NCBI GenBank assembly: GCA_964057225.1
Contig: OZ059898.1
Span: 19,716,001 to 19,780,000, forward strand
Length of the DNA: 64,000 nt
Direction: 5' to 3'
Source of the DNA: Auanema rhodensis
Lineage: Eukaryota > Animalia > Nematoda
The notes beneath the pieces were generated by a model, which was not told the DNA's origin, did not search any database, and saw nothing but the letters and a program-made list of their open reading frames with translations. The translations under genes and the position numbers were made by a program. Shown piece after piece: positions 42,801-58,100 of the stretch. Position 1 is the stretch's first letter. Each line of letters starts with the position of its first letter.

Positions 42801-43169
42801 ATGCATCATTTTTCAAACGATCATAACTAATTTTTGTATTAAGCGTTTTTCAATGTAATATAGTGCATTCGATGCGGATTTTTAAGCTGCGTCCATCTGT
42901 GTTATCGGATTTTCGCTAGCTTAAAAATGCACCGAGATATCAACTGATATAAGTTCACACTTATATCCTCGATTTTCACCCTGAAGAATTAATTTTTTCG
43001 TTGAATAACATTGTCCATCGTCTTTGCCTTGAAAAAAGGAATCTAAAAACATCTACTTTTTGCTAAATTATTTTGAAATTTTTCGAAAAAATTTTTGTCA
43101 AAATGTTTTTGGAAGCAATGTTGAGTGTACATGGAAACTCAACATACACTAATGCATCATTTTTCAAAC
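36854..43169. repeat. Domain 3: more diverged monomers in short 4-monomer duplications
   Basis: Private markers tctccctg plus a T deletion (monomers 36854, 38257), ggaatttt/ctttctgc (37204, 38607), gcatttg/gcttgaaa (37555, 38958, 39309), actcata/ttgttc (37906, 39660, 41064) and gcagattttc (40713, 42117). Confidence 0.85.
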
Positions 43170-46100
43170 AATCATAACTAATTTTTGTATTAAGCGTTTC
43201 TCAATGTAATATAGTGCATTCGATGCGGATTTTTAAGCTGCGTCGATCTGTGTTATCGGATTTTCGCTAGCTTAAAAATGCACCGAGATATCAACTGATA
43301 TAAGTTCACACTTATATCCTCGATTTTCACCCTGAAGAATTAATTTTTTCGTTGAATAACATTGTCCATCGTCTTTGCCTTGTAAAAAGGAATCTAAAAA
43401 CATCTACTTTTTGCTAAATTATTTTGAAATTTTTCGAAAAAATTTTTGTCAAAATGTTTTTGGAAGCAAGGTTGAGTGTACTTGGAAACTCAACATACAC
43501 TAATGCATTATTTTTCAAACGATCATAACTAATTTTTGTATTAAGCGTTTCTCAATGTAGTATAGTGCATTCGATGCGGATTTTTAAGCTGCGTCGATCT
43601 GTGTTATCCGATTTGCGCTAGCTTAAAAATGCACCGAGATATCAACTGATATAAGTTCACACTTATATCCTCGATTTTCACCCTGAAGAATTAATTTTTT
43701 CGTTGAATAACATTGTCCATCGTCTTTGCCTTGTAAAAAGGAATCTAAAAACATTTACTTTTTGCTAAATTATTCTGAAATTTTTCGAAAAAATTTTTGT
43801 CAAAATGTTTTTGGAAGCAAGGTTGAGTGTACTTGGAAACTCAACATACACTAATGCATTATTTTTCAAACGATCATAACTAATTTTTGTATTAAGCGTT
43901 TCTCAATGTAGTATAGTGCATTCGATGCGGATTTTTAAGCTGCGTCGATCTGTGTTATCAGATTTGCGCTAGCTTAAAAATGCACCGAGATATCAACTGA
44001 TATAAGTTCACACTTATATCCTCGATTTTCACCCTGAAGAATTAATTTTTTCGTTGAATAACATTGTCCATCGTCTTTGCCTTGTAAAAAGGAATCTAAA
44101 AACATCTACTTTTTGCTAAATTATTCTGAAATTTTTCGAAAAAATTTTTGTCAAAATGTTTTTGGAAGCAAGGTTGAGTGTACTTGGAAACTCAACATAC
44201 ACTAATGCATTATTTTTCAAACGATCATAACTAATTTTTGTATTAAGCGTTTCTCAATGTAGTATAGTGCATTCGATGCGGATTTTTAAGCTGCGTCGAT
44301 CTGTGTTATCAGATTTGCGCTAGCTTAAAAATGCACCGAGATATCAACTGATATAAGTTCACACTTATATCCTCGATTTTCACCCTGAAGAATTAATTTT
44401 TTCGTTGAATAACATTGTCCATCGTCTTTGCCTTGTAAAAAGGAATCTAAAAACATTTACTTTTTGCTAAATTATTCTGAAATTTTTCGAAAAAATTTTT
44501 GTCAAAATGTTTTTGGAAGCAAGGTTGAGTGTACTTGGAAACTCAACATACACTAATGCATTATTTTTCAAACGATCATAATTAATTTTTGTATTAAGCG
44601 TTTCTCAATGTAGTATAGTGCATTCGATGCGGATTTTTAAGCTGCGTCGATCTGTGTTATCAGATTTGCGCTAGCTTAAAAATGCACCGAGATATCAACT
44701 GATATAAGTTCACACTTATATCCTCGATTTTCACCCTGAAGAATTAATTTTTTCGTTGAATAACATTGTCCATCGTCTTTGCCTTGAAAAAAGGAATCTA
44801 AAAACATCTACTTTTTGCTAAATTATTTTGAAATTTTTCGAAAAAATTTTTGTCAAAATGTTTTTGGAAGCAAGGTTGAGTGTACATGGAAACTCAACAT
44901 ACACTAATGCATTATTTTTCAAACGATCATAACTAATTTTTGTATTAAGCGTTTTTCAATGTAGTATAGTGCATTCGATGCGGATTTTTAAGCTGCGTCG
45001 ATCTGTGTTATCAGATTTGCGCTAGCTTAAAAATGCACCGAGATATCAACTGATATAAGTTCACACTTATATCCTCGATTTTCACCCTGAAGAATTAATT
45101 TTTTCGTTGAATAACATTGTCCATCGTCTTTGCCTTGTAAAAAGAAATCTAAAAACATCTACTTTTTCTAAATTATTCTGAAATTTTTCGAAAAAATTTT
45201 TGTCAAAATGTTTTTGGAAGCAAGGTTGAGTGTACATGGAAACTCAACATACACTAATGCATCATTTTTCAAACAATCATAACTAATTTTTGTATTAAGC
45301 GTTTTTCAATGTAATATAGTGCATTCGATGCGGAGTTTTAAGCTGCGTCGATCTGTGTTATCGGATTTTCGCTAGCTTAAAAATGCACCGAGATATCAAC
45401 TGATATAAGTTCACACTTATCTCCTCGATTTTCACCCTGAAGAATTAATTTTTTCGTTGAATAACATTGTCCATCGTCTTTGCCTTGAAAAAAGGAATCT
45501 AAAAACATCTACTTTTTGCTAAATTATTTTGAAATTTTTCGAAAAAATTTTTGTCAAAATGTTTTTGGAAGCAATGTTGAGTGTACATGGAAACTCAACA
45601 TACACTAATGCATCATTTTTCAAACAATCATAACTAATTTTTGTATTAAGCGTTTCTCAATGTAATATAGTGCATTCGATGCGGATTTTTAAGCTGCGTC
45701 GATCTGTGTTATCGGATTTTCGCTAGCTTAAAAATGCACCGAGATATCAACTGATATAAGTTCACACTTATATCCTCGATTTTCACCCTGAAGAATTAAT
45801 TTTTTCGTTGAATAACATTGTCCATCGTCTTTGCCTTGTAAAAAGGAATCTAAAAACATCTACTTTTTGCTAAATTATTCTGAAATTTTTCGAAAAAATT
45901 TTTGTCAAAATGTTTTTGGAAGCAAGGTTGAGTGTACTTGGAAACTCAACATACACTAATGCATTATTTTTCAAACGATCATAACTAATTTTTGTATTAA
46001 GCGTTTCTCAATGTAGTATAGTGCATTCGATGCGGATTTTTAAGCTGCGTCGATCTGTGTTATCAGATTTGCGCTAGCTTAAAAATGCACCGAGATATCA

Positions 46101-49100
46101 ACTGATATAAGTTCACACTTATATCCTCGATTTTCACCCTGAAGAATTAATTTTTTCGTTGAATAACATGGTCCATCGTCTTTGCCTTGAAAAAAGGAAT
46201 CTAAAAACATCTACTTTTTGCTAAATTATTTTGAAATTTTTCGAAAAAATTTTTGTCAAAATGTTTTTGGAAGCAATGTTGAGTGTACATGGAAACTCAA
46301 CATACACTAATGCATCATTTTTCAAACAATCATAACTAATTTTTGTATTAAGCGTTTCTCAATGTAATATAGTGCATTCGATGCGGATTTTTAAGCTGCG
46401 TCGATCTGTGTTATCGGATTTTCGCTAGCTTAAAAATGCACCGAGATATCAACTGATATAAGTTCACACTTATATCCTCGATTTTCACCCTGAAGAATTA
46501 ATTTTTTCGTTGAATAACATTGTCCATCGTCTTTGCCTTGTAAAAAGGAATCTAAAAACATCTACTTTTTGCTAAATTATTCTGAAATTTTTCGAAAAAA
46601 TTTTTGTCAAAATGTTTTTGGAAGCAAGGTTGAGTGTACTTGGAAACTCAACATACACTAATGCATTATTTTTCAAACGATCATAACTAATTTTTGTATT
46701 AAGCGTTTCTCAATGTAGTATAGTGCATTCGATGCGGATTTTTAAGCTGCGTCGATCTGTGTTATCAGATTTGCGCTAGCTTAAAAATACACCGAGATAT
46801 CAACTGATATAAGTTCACACTTATATCCTCGATTTTCACCCTGAAGAATTAATTTTTTCGTTGAATAACATTGTCCATCGTCTTTGCCTTGTAAAAAGGA
46901 ATCTAAAAACATTTACTTTTTGCTAAATTATTCTGAAATTTTCCGAAAAAATTTTTGTCAAAATGTTTTTGGAAGCAAGGTTGAGTGTACTTGGAAACTC
47001 AACATACACTAATGCATTATTTTTCAAACGATCATAACTAATTTTTGTATTAAGCGTTTTTCAATGTAGTATAGTGCATTCGATGCGGATTTTTAAGCTG
47101 CGTCGATCTGTGTTATCGGATTTTCGCTAGCTTAAAAATGCACCGAGATATCAACTGATATAAGTTCACACTTATATCCTCGATTTTCACCCTGAAGAAT
47201 TAATTTTTTCGTTGAATAACATTGTCCATCGTCTTTGCCTTGAAAAAAGGAATCTAAAAACATCTACTTTTTGCTAAATTATTTTGAAATTTTTCGAAAA
47301 AATTTTTGTCAAAATGTTTTTGGAAGCAATGTTGAGTGTACATGGAAACTCAACATACACTAATGCATCATTTTTCAAACGATCATAACTAATTTTTGTA
47401 TTAAGCGTTTTTCAAGGTAGTATAGTGCATTCGATGCGGATTTTTAAGCTGCGTCGATCTGTGTTATCAGATTTGCGCTAGCTTAAAAATGCACCGAGAT
47501 ATCAACTGATATAAGTTCACACTTATATCCTCGATTTTCACCCTGAAGAATTAATTTTTTCGTTGAATAACATTGTCCATCGTCTTTGCTTTGTAAAAAG
47601 GAATCTAAAAACATTTACTTTTTGCTAAATTATTCTGAAATTTTTCGAAAAAATTTTTGTCAAAATGTTTTTGGAAGCAAGGTTGAGTGTACTTGGAAAC
47701 TCAACATACACTAATGCATTATTTTTCAAACGATCATAACTAATTTTTGTATTAAGCGTTTCTCAATGTAGTATAGTGCATTCGATGCGGATTTTTAAGC
47801 TGCGTCGATCTGTGTTATCAGATTTGCGCTAGCTTAAAAATGCACCGAGATATCAACTGATATAAGTTCACACTTATATCCTCGATTTTCACCCTGAAGA
47901 ATTAATTTTTTCGTTGAATAACATTGTCCATCGTCTTTGCCTTGTAAAAAGGAATCTAAAAACATTTACTTTTTGCTAAATTATTCTGAAATTTTCCGAA
48001 AAAATTTTTGTCAAAATGTTTTTGGAAGCAAGGTTGAGTGTACTTGGAAACTCAACATACACTAATGCATTATTTTTCAAACGATCATAACTAATTTTTG
48101 TATTAAGCGTTTTTCAATGTAGTATAGTGCATTCGATGCGGATTTTTAAGCTGCGTCGATCTGTGTTATCGGATTTTCGCTAGCTTAAAAATGCACCGAG
48201 ATATCAACTGATATAAGTTCACACTTATATCCTCGATTTTCACCCTGAAGAATTAATTTTTTCGTTGAATAACATTGTCCATCGTCTTTGCCTTGAAAAA
48301 AGAAATCTAAAAACATCTACTTTTTGCTAAATTATTTTGAAATTTTTCGAAAAAATTTTTGTCAAAATGTTTTTGGAAGCAATGTTGAGTGTACATGGAA
48401 ACTCAACATACACTAATGCATCATTTTTCAAACGATCATAACTAATTTTTGTATTAAGCGTTTTTCAAGGTAGTATAGTGCATTCGATGCGGATTTTTAA
48501 GCTGCGTCGATCTGTGTTATCAGATTTGCGCTAGCTTAAAAATGCACCGAGATATCAACTGATATAAGTTCACACTTATATCCTCGATTTTCACCCTGAA
48601 GAATTAATTTTTTCGTTGAATAACATTGTCCATCGTGTTTGCCTTGTAAAAAGGAATCTAAAAACATTTACTTTTTGCTAAATTATTCTGAAATTTTTCG
48701 AAAAAATTTTTGTCAAAATGTTTTTGGAAGCAAGGTTGAGTGTACTTGGAAACTCAACATACACTAATGCATTATTTTTCAAACGATCATAACTAATTTT
48801 TGTATTAAGCGTTTTTCAATGTAGTATAGTGCATTCGATGCGGATTTTTAAGCTGCGTCGATCTGTGTTATCAGATTTGCGCTAGCTTAAAAATGCACCG
48901 AGATATCAACTGATATAAGTTCACACTTATATCCTCGATTTTCACCCTGAAGAATTAATTTTTTCGTTGAATAACATTGTCCATCGTCTTTGCCTTGTAA
49001 AAAGGAATCTAAAAACATCTACTTTTTGCTAAATTATTCTGAAATTTTTCGAAAAAATTTTTGTCAAAATGTTTTTGGAAGCAAGGTTGAGTGTACATGG

Positions 49101-52100
49101 AAACTCAACATACACTAATGCATCATTTTTCAAACAATCATAACTAATTTTTGTATTAAGCGTTTCTCAATGTAATATAGTGCATTCGATGCGGATTTTT
49201 AAGCTGCGTCGATCTGTGTTATCGGATTTTCGCTAGCTTAAAAATGCACCGAGATATCAACTGATATAAGTTCACACTTATATCCTCGATTTTCACCCTG
49301 AAGAATTAATTTTTTCGTTGAATAACATTGTCCATCGTCTTTGCCTTGTAAAAAGGAATCTAAAAACATCTACTTTTTGCTAAATTATTCTGAAATTTTT
49401 CGAAAAAATTTTTGTCAAAATGTTTTTGGAAGCAAGGTTGAGTGTACATGGAAACTCAACATACACTAATGCATTATTTTTCAAACGATCATAACTAATT
49501 TTTGTATTAAGCGTTTCTCAATGTAGTATAGTGCATTCGATGCGGATTTTTAAGCTGCGTCGATCTGTGTTATCAGATTTGCGCTAGCTTAAAAATACAC
49601 CGAGATATCAACTGATATAAGTTCACACTTATATCCTCGATTTTCACCCTGAAGAATTAATTTTTTCGTTGAATAACATTGTCCATCGTCTTTGCCTTGT
49701 AAAAAGGAATCTAAAAACATCTACTTTTTGCTAAATTATTCTGAAATTTTTCGAAAAAATTTTTGTCAAAATGTTTTTGGAAGCAAGGTTGAGTGTACTT
49801 GGAAACTCAACATACACTAATGCATTATTTTTCAAACGATCATAACTAATTTTTGTATTAAGCGTTTTTCAATGTAGTATAGTGCATTCGATGCGGATTT
49901 TTAAGCTGCGTCGATCTGTGTTATCAGATTTGCGCTAGCTTAAAAATGCACCGAGATATCAACTGATATAAGTTCACACTTATATCCTCGATTTTCACCC
50001 TGAAGAATTAATTTTTTCGTTGAATAACATTGTCCATCGTCTTTGCCTTGTAAAAAGGAATCTAAAAACATCTACTTTTTGCTAAATTATTCTGAAATTT
50101 TTCGAAAAAATTTTTGTCAAAATGTTTTTGGAAGCAAGGTTGAGTGTACATGGAAACTCAACATACACTAATGCATCATTTTTCAAACAATCATAACTAA
50201 TTTTTGTATTAAGCGTTTCTCAATGTAATATAGTGCATTCGATGCGGATTTTTAAGCTGCGTCGATCTGTGTTATCGGATTTTCGCTAGCTTAAAAATGC
50301 ACCGAGATATCAACTGATATAAGTTCACACTTATATCCTCGATTTTCACCCTGAAGAATTAATTTTTTCGTTGAATAACATTGTCCATCGTCTTTGCCTT
50401 GTAAAAAGGAATCTAAAAACATCTACTTTTTGCTAAATTATTCTGAAATTTTTCGAAAAAATTTTTGTCAAAATGTTTTTGGAAGCAAGGTTGAGTGTAC
50501 ATGGAAACTCAACATACACTAATGCATTATTTTTCAAACGATCATAACTAATTTTTGTATTAAGCGTTTCTCAATGTAGTATAGTGCATTCGATGCGGAT
50601 TTTTAAGCTGCGTCGATCTGTGTTATCAGATTTGCGCTAGCTTAAAAATACACCGAGATATCAACTGATATAAGTTCACACTTATATCCTCGATTTTCAC
50701 CCTGAAGAATTAATTTTTTCGTTGAATAACATTGTCCATCGTCTTTGCCTTGTAAAAAGGAATCTAAAAACATTTACTTTTTGCTAAATTATTCTGAAAT
50801 TTTCCGAAAAAATTTTTGTCAAAATGTTTTTGGAAGCAAGGTTGAGTGTACTTGGAAACTCAACATACACTAATGCATTATTTTTCAAACGATCATAACT
50901 AATTTTTGTATTAAGCGTTTTTCAATGTAGTATAGTGCATTCGATGCGGATTTTTAAGCTGCGTCGATCATTGTTATCGGATTTTCGCTAGCTTAAAAAT
51001 GCACCGAGATATCAACTGATATAAGTTCACACTTATATCCTCGATTTTCACCCTGAAGAATTAATTTTTTCGTTGAATAACATTGTCCATCGTCTTTGCC
51101 TTGTAAAAAGGAATCTAAAAACATCTACTTTTTGCTAAATTATTTTGAAATTTTTCGAAAAAATTTTTGTCAAAATGTTTTTGGAAGCAATGTTGAGTGT
51201 ACATGGAAACTCAACATACACTAATGCATCATTTTTCAAACAATCATAACTAATTTTTGTATAAAGCGTTTCTCAATGTAGTATAGTGCATTCGATGCGG
51301 ATTTTTAAGCTGCGTCGATCTGTGTTATCAGATTTGCGCTAGCTTAAAAATGCACCGAGATATCAACTGATATAAGTTCACACTTATATCCTCGATTTTC
51401 ACCCTGAAGAATTAATTTTTTCGTTGAATAACATTGTCCATCGTCTTTGCCTTGTAAAAAGGAATCTAAAAACATTTACTTTTTGCTAAATTATTCTGAA
51501 ACTTTTCGAAAAAATTTTTGTCAAAATGTTTTTGGATGCAAGGTTGAGTGTACTTGGAAACTCAACATACACTAATGCATTATTTTTCAAACGATCATAA
51601 CTAATTTTTGTATTAAGCGTTTCTCAATGTAGTAAAGTGCATTCGATGCGGATTTGTAAGCTGCGTCGATCTGTGTTATCAGATTTGCGCTAGCTTAAAA
51701 ATGCACCGAGATATCAACTGATATAAGTTCACACTTATATCCTCGATTTTCACCCTGAAGAATTAATTTTTTCGTTGAATAACATTGTCCATCGTCTTCG
51801 CCTTGTAAAAAGGAATCTAAAAACATCTACTTTTTGCTAAATTATTCTGAAATTTTTCGAAAAAATTTTTGTCAAAATGTTTTTGGAAGCAAGGTTGAGT
51901 GTACATGGAAACTCAACATACACTAATGCATCATTTTTCAAACAATCATAACTAATTTTTGTATTAAGCGTTTCTCAATGTAATATAGTGCATTCGATGC
52001 GGATTTTTAAGCTGCGTCGATCTGTGTTATCGGATTTTCGCTAGCTTAAAAATGCACCAAGATATCAACTGATATAAGTTCACACTTATATCCTCGATTT

Positions 52101-55100
52101 TCACCCTGAAGAATTTATTTTTTCGTTGAATAACATTGTCCATCGTCTTTGCCTTGAAAAAAGGAATCTAAAAACATCTACTTTTTGCTAAATTATTTTG
52201 AAATTTTTCGAAAAAATTTTTGTCAAAATGTTTTTGGAAGCAATGTTGAGTGTACATGGAAACTCAACATACACTAATGCATCATTTTTCAAACAATCAT
52301 AACTAATTTTTGTATTAAGCGTTTCTCAATGTAATATAGTGCATTCGATGCGGATTTTTAAGCTGCGTCGATCTGTGTTATCGGATTTTCGCTAGCTTAA
52401 AAATGCACCGAGATATCAACTGATATAAGTTCACACTTATATCCTCGATTTTCACCCTGAAGAATTAATTTTTTCGTTGAATAACATTGTCCATCGTCTT
52501 TGCCTTGTAAAAAGGAATCTAAAAACATCTACTTTTTGCTAAATTATTCTGAAATTTTTCGAAAAAATTTTTGTCAAAATGTTTTTGGAAGCAAGGTTGA
52601 GTGTACTTGGAAACTCAACATACACTAATGCATTATTTTTCAAACGATCATAACTAATTTTTGTATTAAGCGTTTCTCAATGTAGTATAGTGCATTCGAT
52701 GCGGATTTTTAAGCTGCGTCGATCTGTGTTATCAGATTTGCGCTAGCTTAAAAATGCACCGAGATATCAACTGATATAAGTTCACACTTATATCCTCGAT
52801 TTTCACACTGAAGAATTAATTTTTTCGTTGAATAACATTGTCCATCGTCTTTGCCTTGTAAAAAGGAATCTAAAAACATTTACTTTTTGCTAAATTATTC
52901 AGAAATTTTTCGAAAAAATTTTTGTCAAAATGTTTTTGGAAGCAAGGTTGAGTGTACTTGGAAACTCAACATACACTAATGCATTATTTTTCAAACGATC
53001 ATAACTAATTTTTTATTAAGCGTTTCTCAATGTAGTATAGTGCATTCGATGCGGATTTTTAAGCTGCGTCGATCTGTGTTATCAGATTTGCGCTAGCTTA
53101 AAAATGCACCGAGACATCAACTGATATAAGTTCACACTTATATCCTCGATTTTCACCCTGAAGAATTAATTTTTTCGTTGAATAACATTGTCCATCGTCT
53201 TTGCCTTGTAAAAAGGAATCTAAAAACATTTACTTTTTGCTAAATTATTCTGAAATTTTTCGAAAAAATTTTTGTCAAAATGTTTTTGGAAGCAAGGTTG
53301 AGTGTACTTGGAAACTCAACATACACTAATGCATTATTTTTCAAACGATCATAACTAATTTTTGTATTAAGCGTTTTTCAATGTAGTATAGTGCATTCGA
53401 TGCGGATTTTTAAGCTGCGTCGATCTGTGTTATCAGATTTGCGCTAGCTTAAAAATGCACCGAGATATCAACTGATATAAGTTCACACTTATATCCTCGA
53501 TTTTCACCCTGAAGAATTAATTTTTTCGTTGAATAACATTGTCCATCGTCTTTGCCTTGTAAAAAGGAATCTAAAAACATCTACTTTTTGCTAAATTATT
53601 CTGAAATTTTTCGAAAAAATTTTTGTCAAAATGTTTTTGGAAGCAAGGTTGAGTGTACATGGAAACTCAACATACACTAATGCATCATTTTTCAAACAAT
53701 CATAACTAATTTTTGTATTAAGCGTTTCTCAATGTAGTATAGTGCATTCGATGCGGATTTTTAAGCTGCGTCGATCTGTGTTATCAGATTTGCGCTAGCT
53801 TAAAAATGCACCGAGATATCAACTGATATAAGTTCACACTTATATCCTCGATTTTCACCCTGAAGAATTAATTTTTTCGTTGAATAACATTGTCCATCGT
53901 CTTTGCCTTGTAAAAAGGAATCTAAAAACATCTACTTTTTGCTAAATTATTCTGAAATTTTTCGAAAAAATTTTTGTCAAAATGTTTTTGGAAGCAAGGT
54001 TGAGTGTACATGGAAACTCAACATACACTAATGCATCATTTTTCAAACAATCATAACTAATTTTTGTATTAAGCGTTTCTCAATGTAATATAGTGCATTC
54101 GATGCGGATTTTTAAGCTGCGTCGATCTGTGTTATCGGATTTTCGCTAGCTTAAAAATGCACCGAGATATCAACTGATATAAGTTCACACTTATATCCTC
54201 GATTTTCACCCTGAAGAATTAATTTTTTCGTTGAATAACATTGTCCATCGTCTTTGCCTTGAAAAAAGGAATCTAAAAACATCTACTTTTTGCTAAATTA
54301 TTTTGAAATTTTTCGAAAAAATTTTTGTCAAAATGTTTTTGGAAGCAATGTTGAGTGTACATGGAAACTCAACATACACTAATGCATCATTTTTCAAACA
54401 ATCATAACTAATTTTTGTATTAAGCGTTTCTCAATGTAATATAGTGCATTCGATGCGGATTTTTAAGCTGCGTCGATCTGTGTTATCGGATTTTCGCTAG
54501 CTTAAAAATGCACCGAGATATCAACTGATATAAGTTCACACTTATATCCTCGATTTTCACCCTGAAGAATTAATTTTTTCGTTGAATAACATTGTCCATC
54601 GTCTTTGCCTTGTAAAAAGGAATCTAAAAACATCTACTTTTTGCTAAATTATTCTGAAATTTTTCGAAAAAATTTTTGTCAAAATGTTTTTGGAAGCAAG
54701 GTTGAGTGTACTTGGAAACTCAACATACACTAATGCATTATTTTTCAAACGATCATAACTAATTTTTGTATTAAGCGTTTCTCAATGTAGTATAGTGCAT
54801 TCGATGCGGATTTTTAAGCTGCGTCGATCTGTGTTATCAGATTTGCGCTAGCTTAAAAATGCACCGAGATATCAACTGATATAAGTTCACACTTATATCC
54901 TCGATTTTCACCCTGAAGAATTAATTTTTTCGTTGAATAACATTGTCCATCGTCTTTGCCTTGTAAAAAGGAATCTAAAAACATTTACTTTTTGCTAAAT
55001 TATTCAGAAATTTTTCGAAAAAAGTTTTGTCAAAATGTTTTTGGAAGCAAGGTTGAGTGTACTTGGAAACTCAACATACACTAATGCATTATTTTTCAAA

Positions 55101-58100
55101 CGATCATAACTAATTTTTTATTAAGCGTTTCTCAATGTAGTATAGTGCATTCGATGCGGATTTTTAAGCTGCGTCGATCTGTGTTATCAGATTTGCGCTA
55201 GCTTAAAAATGCACCGAGACATCAACTGATATAAGTTCACACTTATATCCTCGATTTTCACCCTGAAGAATTAATTTTTTCGTTGAATAACATTGTCCAT
55301 CGTCTTTGCCTTGTAAAAAGGAATCTAAAAACATTTACTTTTTGCTAAATTATTCTGAAATTTTTCGAAAAAATTTTTGTCAAAATGTTTTTGGAAGCAA
55401 GGTTGAGTGTACTTGGAAACTCAACATACACTAATGCATTATTTTTCAAACGATCATAACTAATTTTTGTATTAAGCGTTTTTCAATGTAGTATAGTGCA
55501 TTCGATGCGGATTTTTAAGCTGCGTCGATCTGTGTTATCAGATTTGCGCTAGCTTAAAAATGCACCGAGATATCAACTGATATAAGTTCACACTTATATC
55601 CTCGATTTTCACCCTGAAGAATTAATTTTTTCGTTGAATAACATTGTCCATCGTCTTTGCTTTGTAAAAAGGAATCTAAAAACATCTACTTTTTGCTAAA
55701 TTATTCTGAAATTTTTCGAAAAAATTTTTGTCAAAATGTTTTTGGAAGCAAGGTTGAGTGTACATGGAAACTCAACATACACTAATGCATCATTTTTCAA
55801 ACAATCATAACTAATTTTTGTATTAAGCGTTTCTCAATGTAATATAGTGCATTCGATGCGGATTTTTAAGCTGCGTCGATCTGTGTTATCGGATTTTCGC
55901 TAGCTTAAAAATGCACCGAGATATCAACTGATATAAGTTCACACTTATATCCTCGATTTTCACCCTGAAGAATTAATTTTTTCGTTGAATAACATTGTCC
56001 ATCGTCTTTGCCTTGAAAAAAGGAATCTAAAAACATCTACTTTTTGCTAAATTATTTTGAAATTTTTCGAAAAAATTTTTGTCAAAATGTTTTTGGAAGC
56101 AATGTTGAGTGTACATGGAAACTCAACATACACTAATGCATCATTTTTCAAACAATCATAACTAATTTTTGTATTAAGCGTTTCTCAATGTAATATAGTG
56201 CATTCGATGCGGATTTTTAAGCTGCGTCGATCTGTGTTATCGGATTTTCGCTAGCTTACAAATGCACCGAGATATCAACTGATATAAGTTCACACTTATA
56301 TCCTCGATTTTCACCCTGAAGAATTAATTTTTTCGTTGAATAACATTGTCCATCGTCTTTGCCTTGTAAAAAGGAATCTAAAAACATTTACTTTTTGCTA
56401 AATTATTCTGAAATTTTTCGAAAAAATTTTTGTCAAAATGTTTTTGGAAGCAAGGTTGAGTGTACTTGGAAACTCAACATACACTAATGCATTATTTTTC
56501 AAACGATCATAACTTATTTTTGTATTAAGCGTTTCTCAATGTAGTATAGTGCATTCGATGCGGATTTTTAAGCTGCGTCGATCTGTGTTATCAGATTTGC
56601 GCTAGCTTAAAAATGCACCGAGATATCAACTGATATAAGTTCACACTTATATCCTCGATTTTCACCCTGAAGAATTAATTTTTTCGTTGAATAACATTGT
56701 CCATCGTCTTTGCCTTGAAAAAAGGAATCTAAAAACATCTACTTTTTGCTAAATTATTTTGAAATTTTTCGAAAAAATTTTTGTCAAAATGTTTTTGGAA
56801 GCAATGTTGAGTGTACATGGAAACTCAACATACACTAATGCATCATTTTTCAAACAATCATAACTAATTTTTGTATTAAGCGTTTCTCAATGTAATATAG
56901 TGCATTCGATGCGGATTTTTAAGCTGCGTCGATCTGTGTTATCGGATTTTCGCTAGCTTAAAAATGCACCGAGATATCAACTGATATAAGTTCACACTTA
57001 TATCCTCGATTTTCACCCTGAAGAATTAATTTTTTCGTTGAATAACATTGTCCATCGTCTTTGCCTTGTAAAAAGGAATCTAAAAACATCTACTTTTTGC
57101 TAAATTATTCTGAAATTTTTCGAAAAAATTTTTGTCAAAATGTTTTTGGAAGCAAGGTTGAGTGTACTTGGAAACTCAACATACACTAATGCATTATTTT
57201 TCAAACGATCATAACTAATTTTTGTATTAAGCGTTTCTCAATGTAGTATAGTGCATTCGATGCGGATTTTTAAGCTGCGTCGATCTGTGTTATCAGATTT
57301 GCGCTAGCTTAAAAATGCACCGAGATATCAACTGATATAAGTTCACACTTATATCCTCGATTTTCACCCTGAAGAATTTATTTTTTCGTTGAATAACATT
57401 GTCCATCGTCTTTGCCTTGAAAAAAGGAATCTAAAAACATCTACTTTTTGCTAAATTATTTTGAAATTTTTCGAAAAAATTTTTGTCAAAATGTTTTTGG
57501 AAGCAATGTTGAGTGTACATGGAAACTCAACATACACTAATGCATCATTTTTCAAACAATCATAACTAATTTTTGTATTAAGCGTTTCTCAATGTAATAT
57601 AGTGCATTCGATGCGGATTTTTAAGCTGCGTCGATCTGTGTTATCGGATTTTCGCTAGCTTAAAAATGCACCGAGATATCAACTGATATAAGTTCACACT
57701 TATATCCTCGATTTTCACCCTGAAGAATTAATTTTTTCGTTGAATAACATTGTCCATCGTCTTTGCCTTGTAAAAAGGAATCTAAAAACATCTACTTTTT
57801 GCTAAATTATTCTGAAATTTTTCGAAAAAATTTTTGTCAAAATGTTTTTGGAAGCAAGGTTGAGTGTACTTGGAAACTCAACATACACTAATGCATTATT
57901 TTTCAAACGATCATAACTAATTTTTGTATTAAGCGTTTCTCAATGTAGTATAGTGCATTCGATGCGGATTTTTAAGCTGCGTCGATCTGTGTTATCAGAT
58001 TTGCGCTAGCTTAAAAATGCACCGAGATATCAACTGATATAAGTTCACACTTATATCCTCGATTTTCACCCTGAAGAATTAATTTTTTCGTTGAATAACA

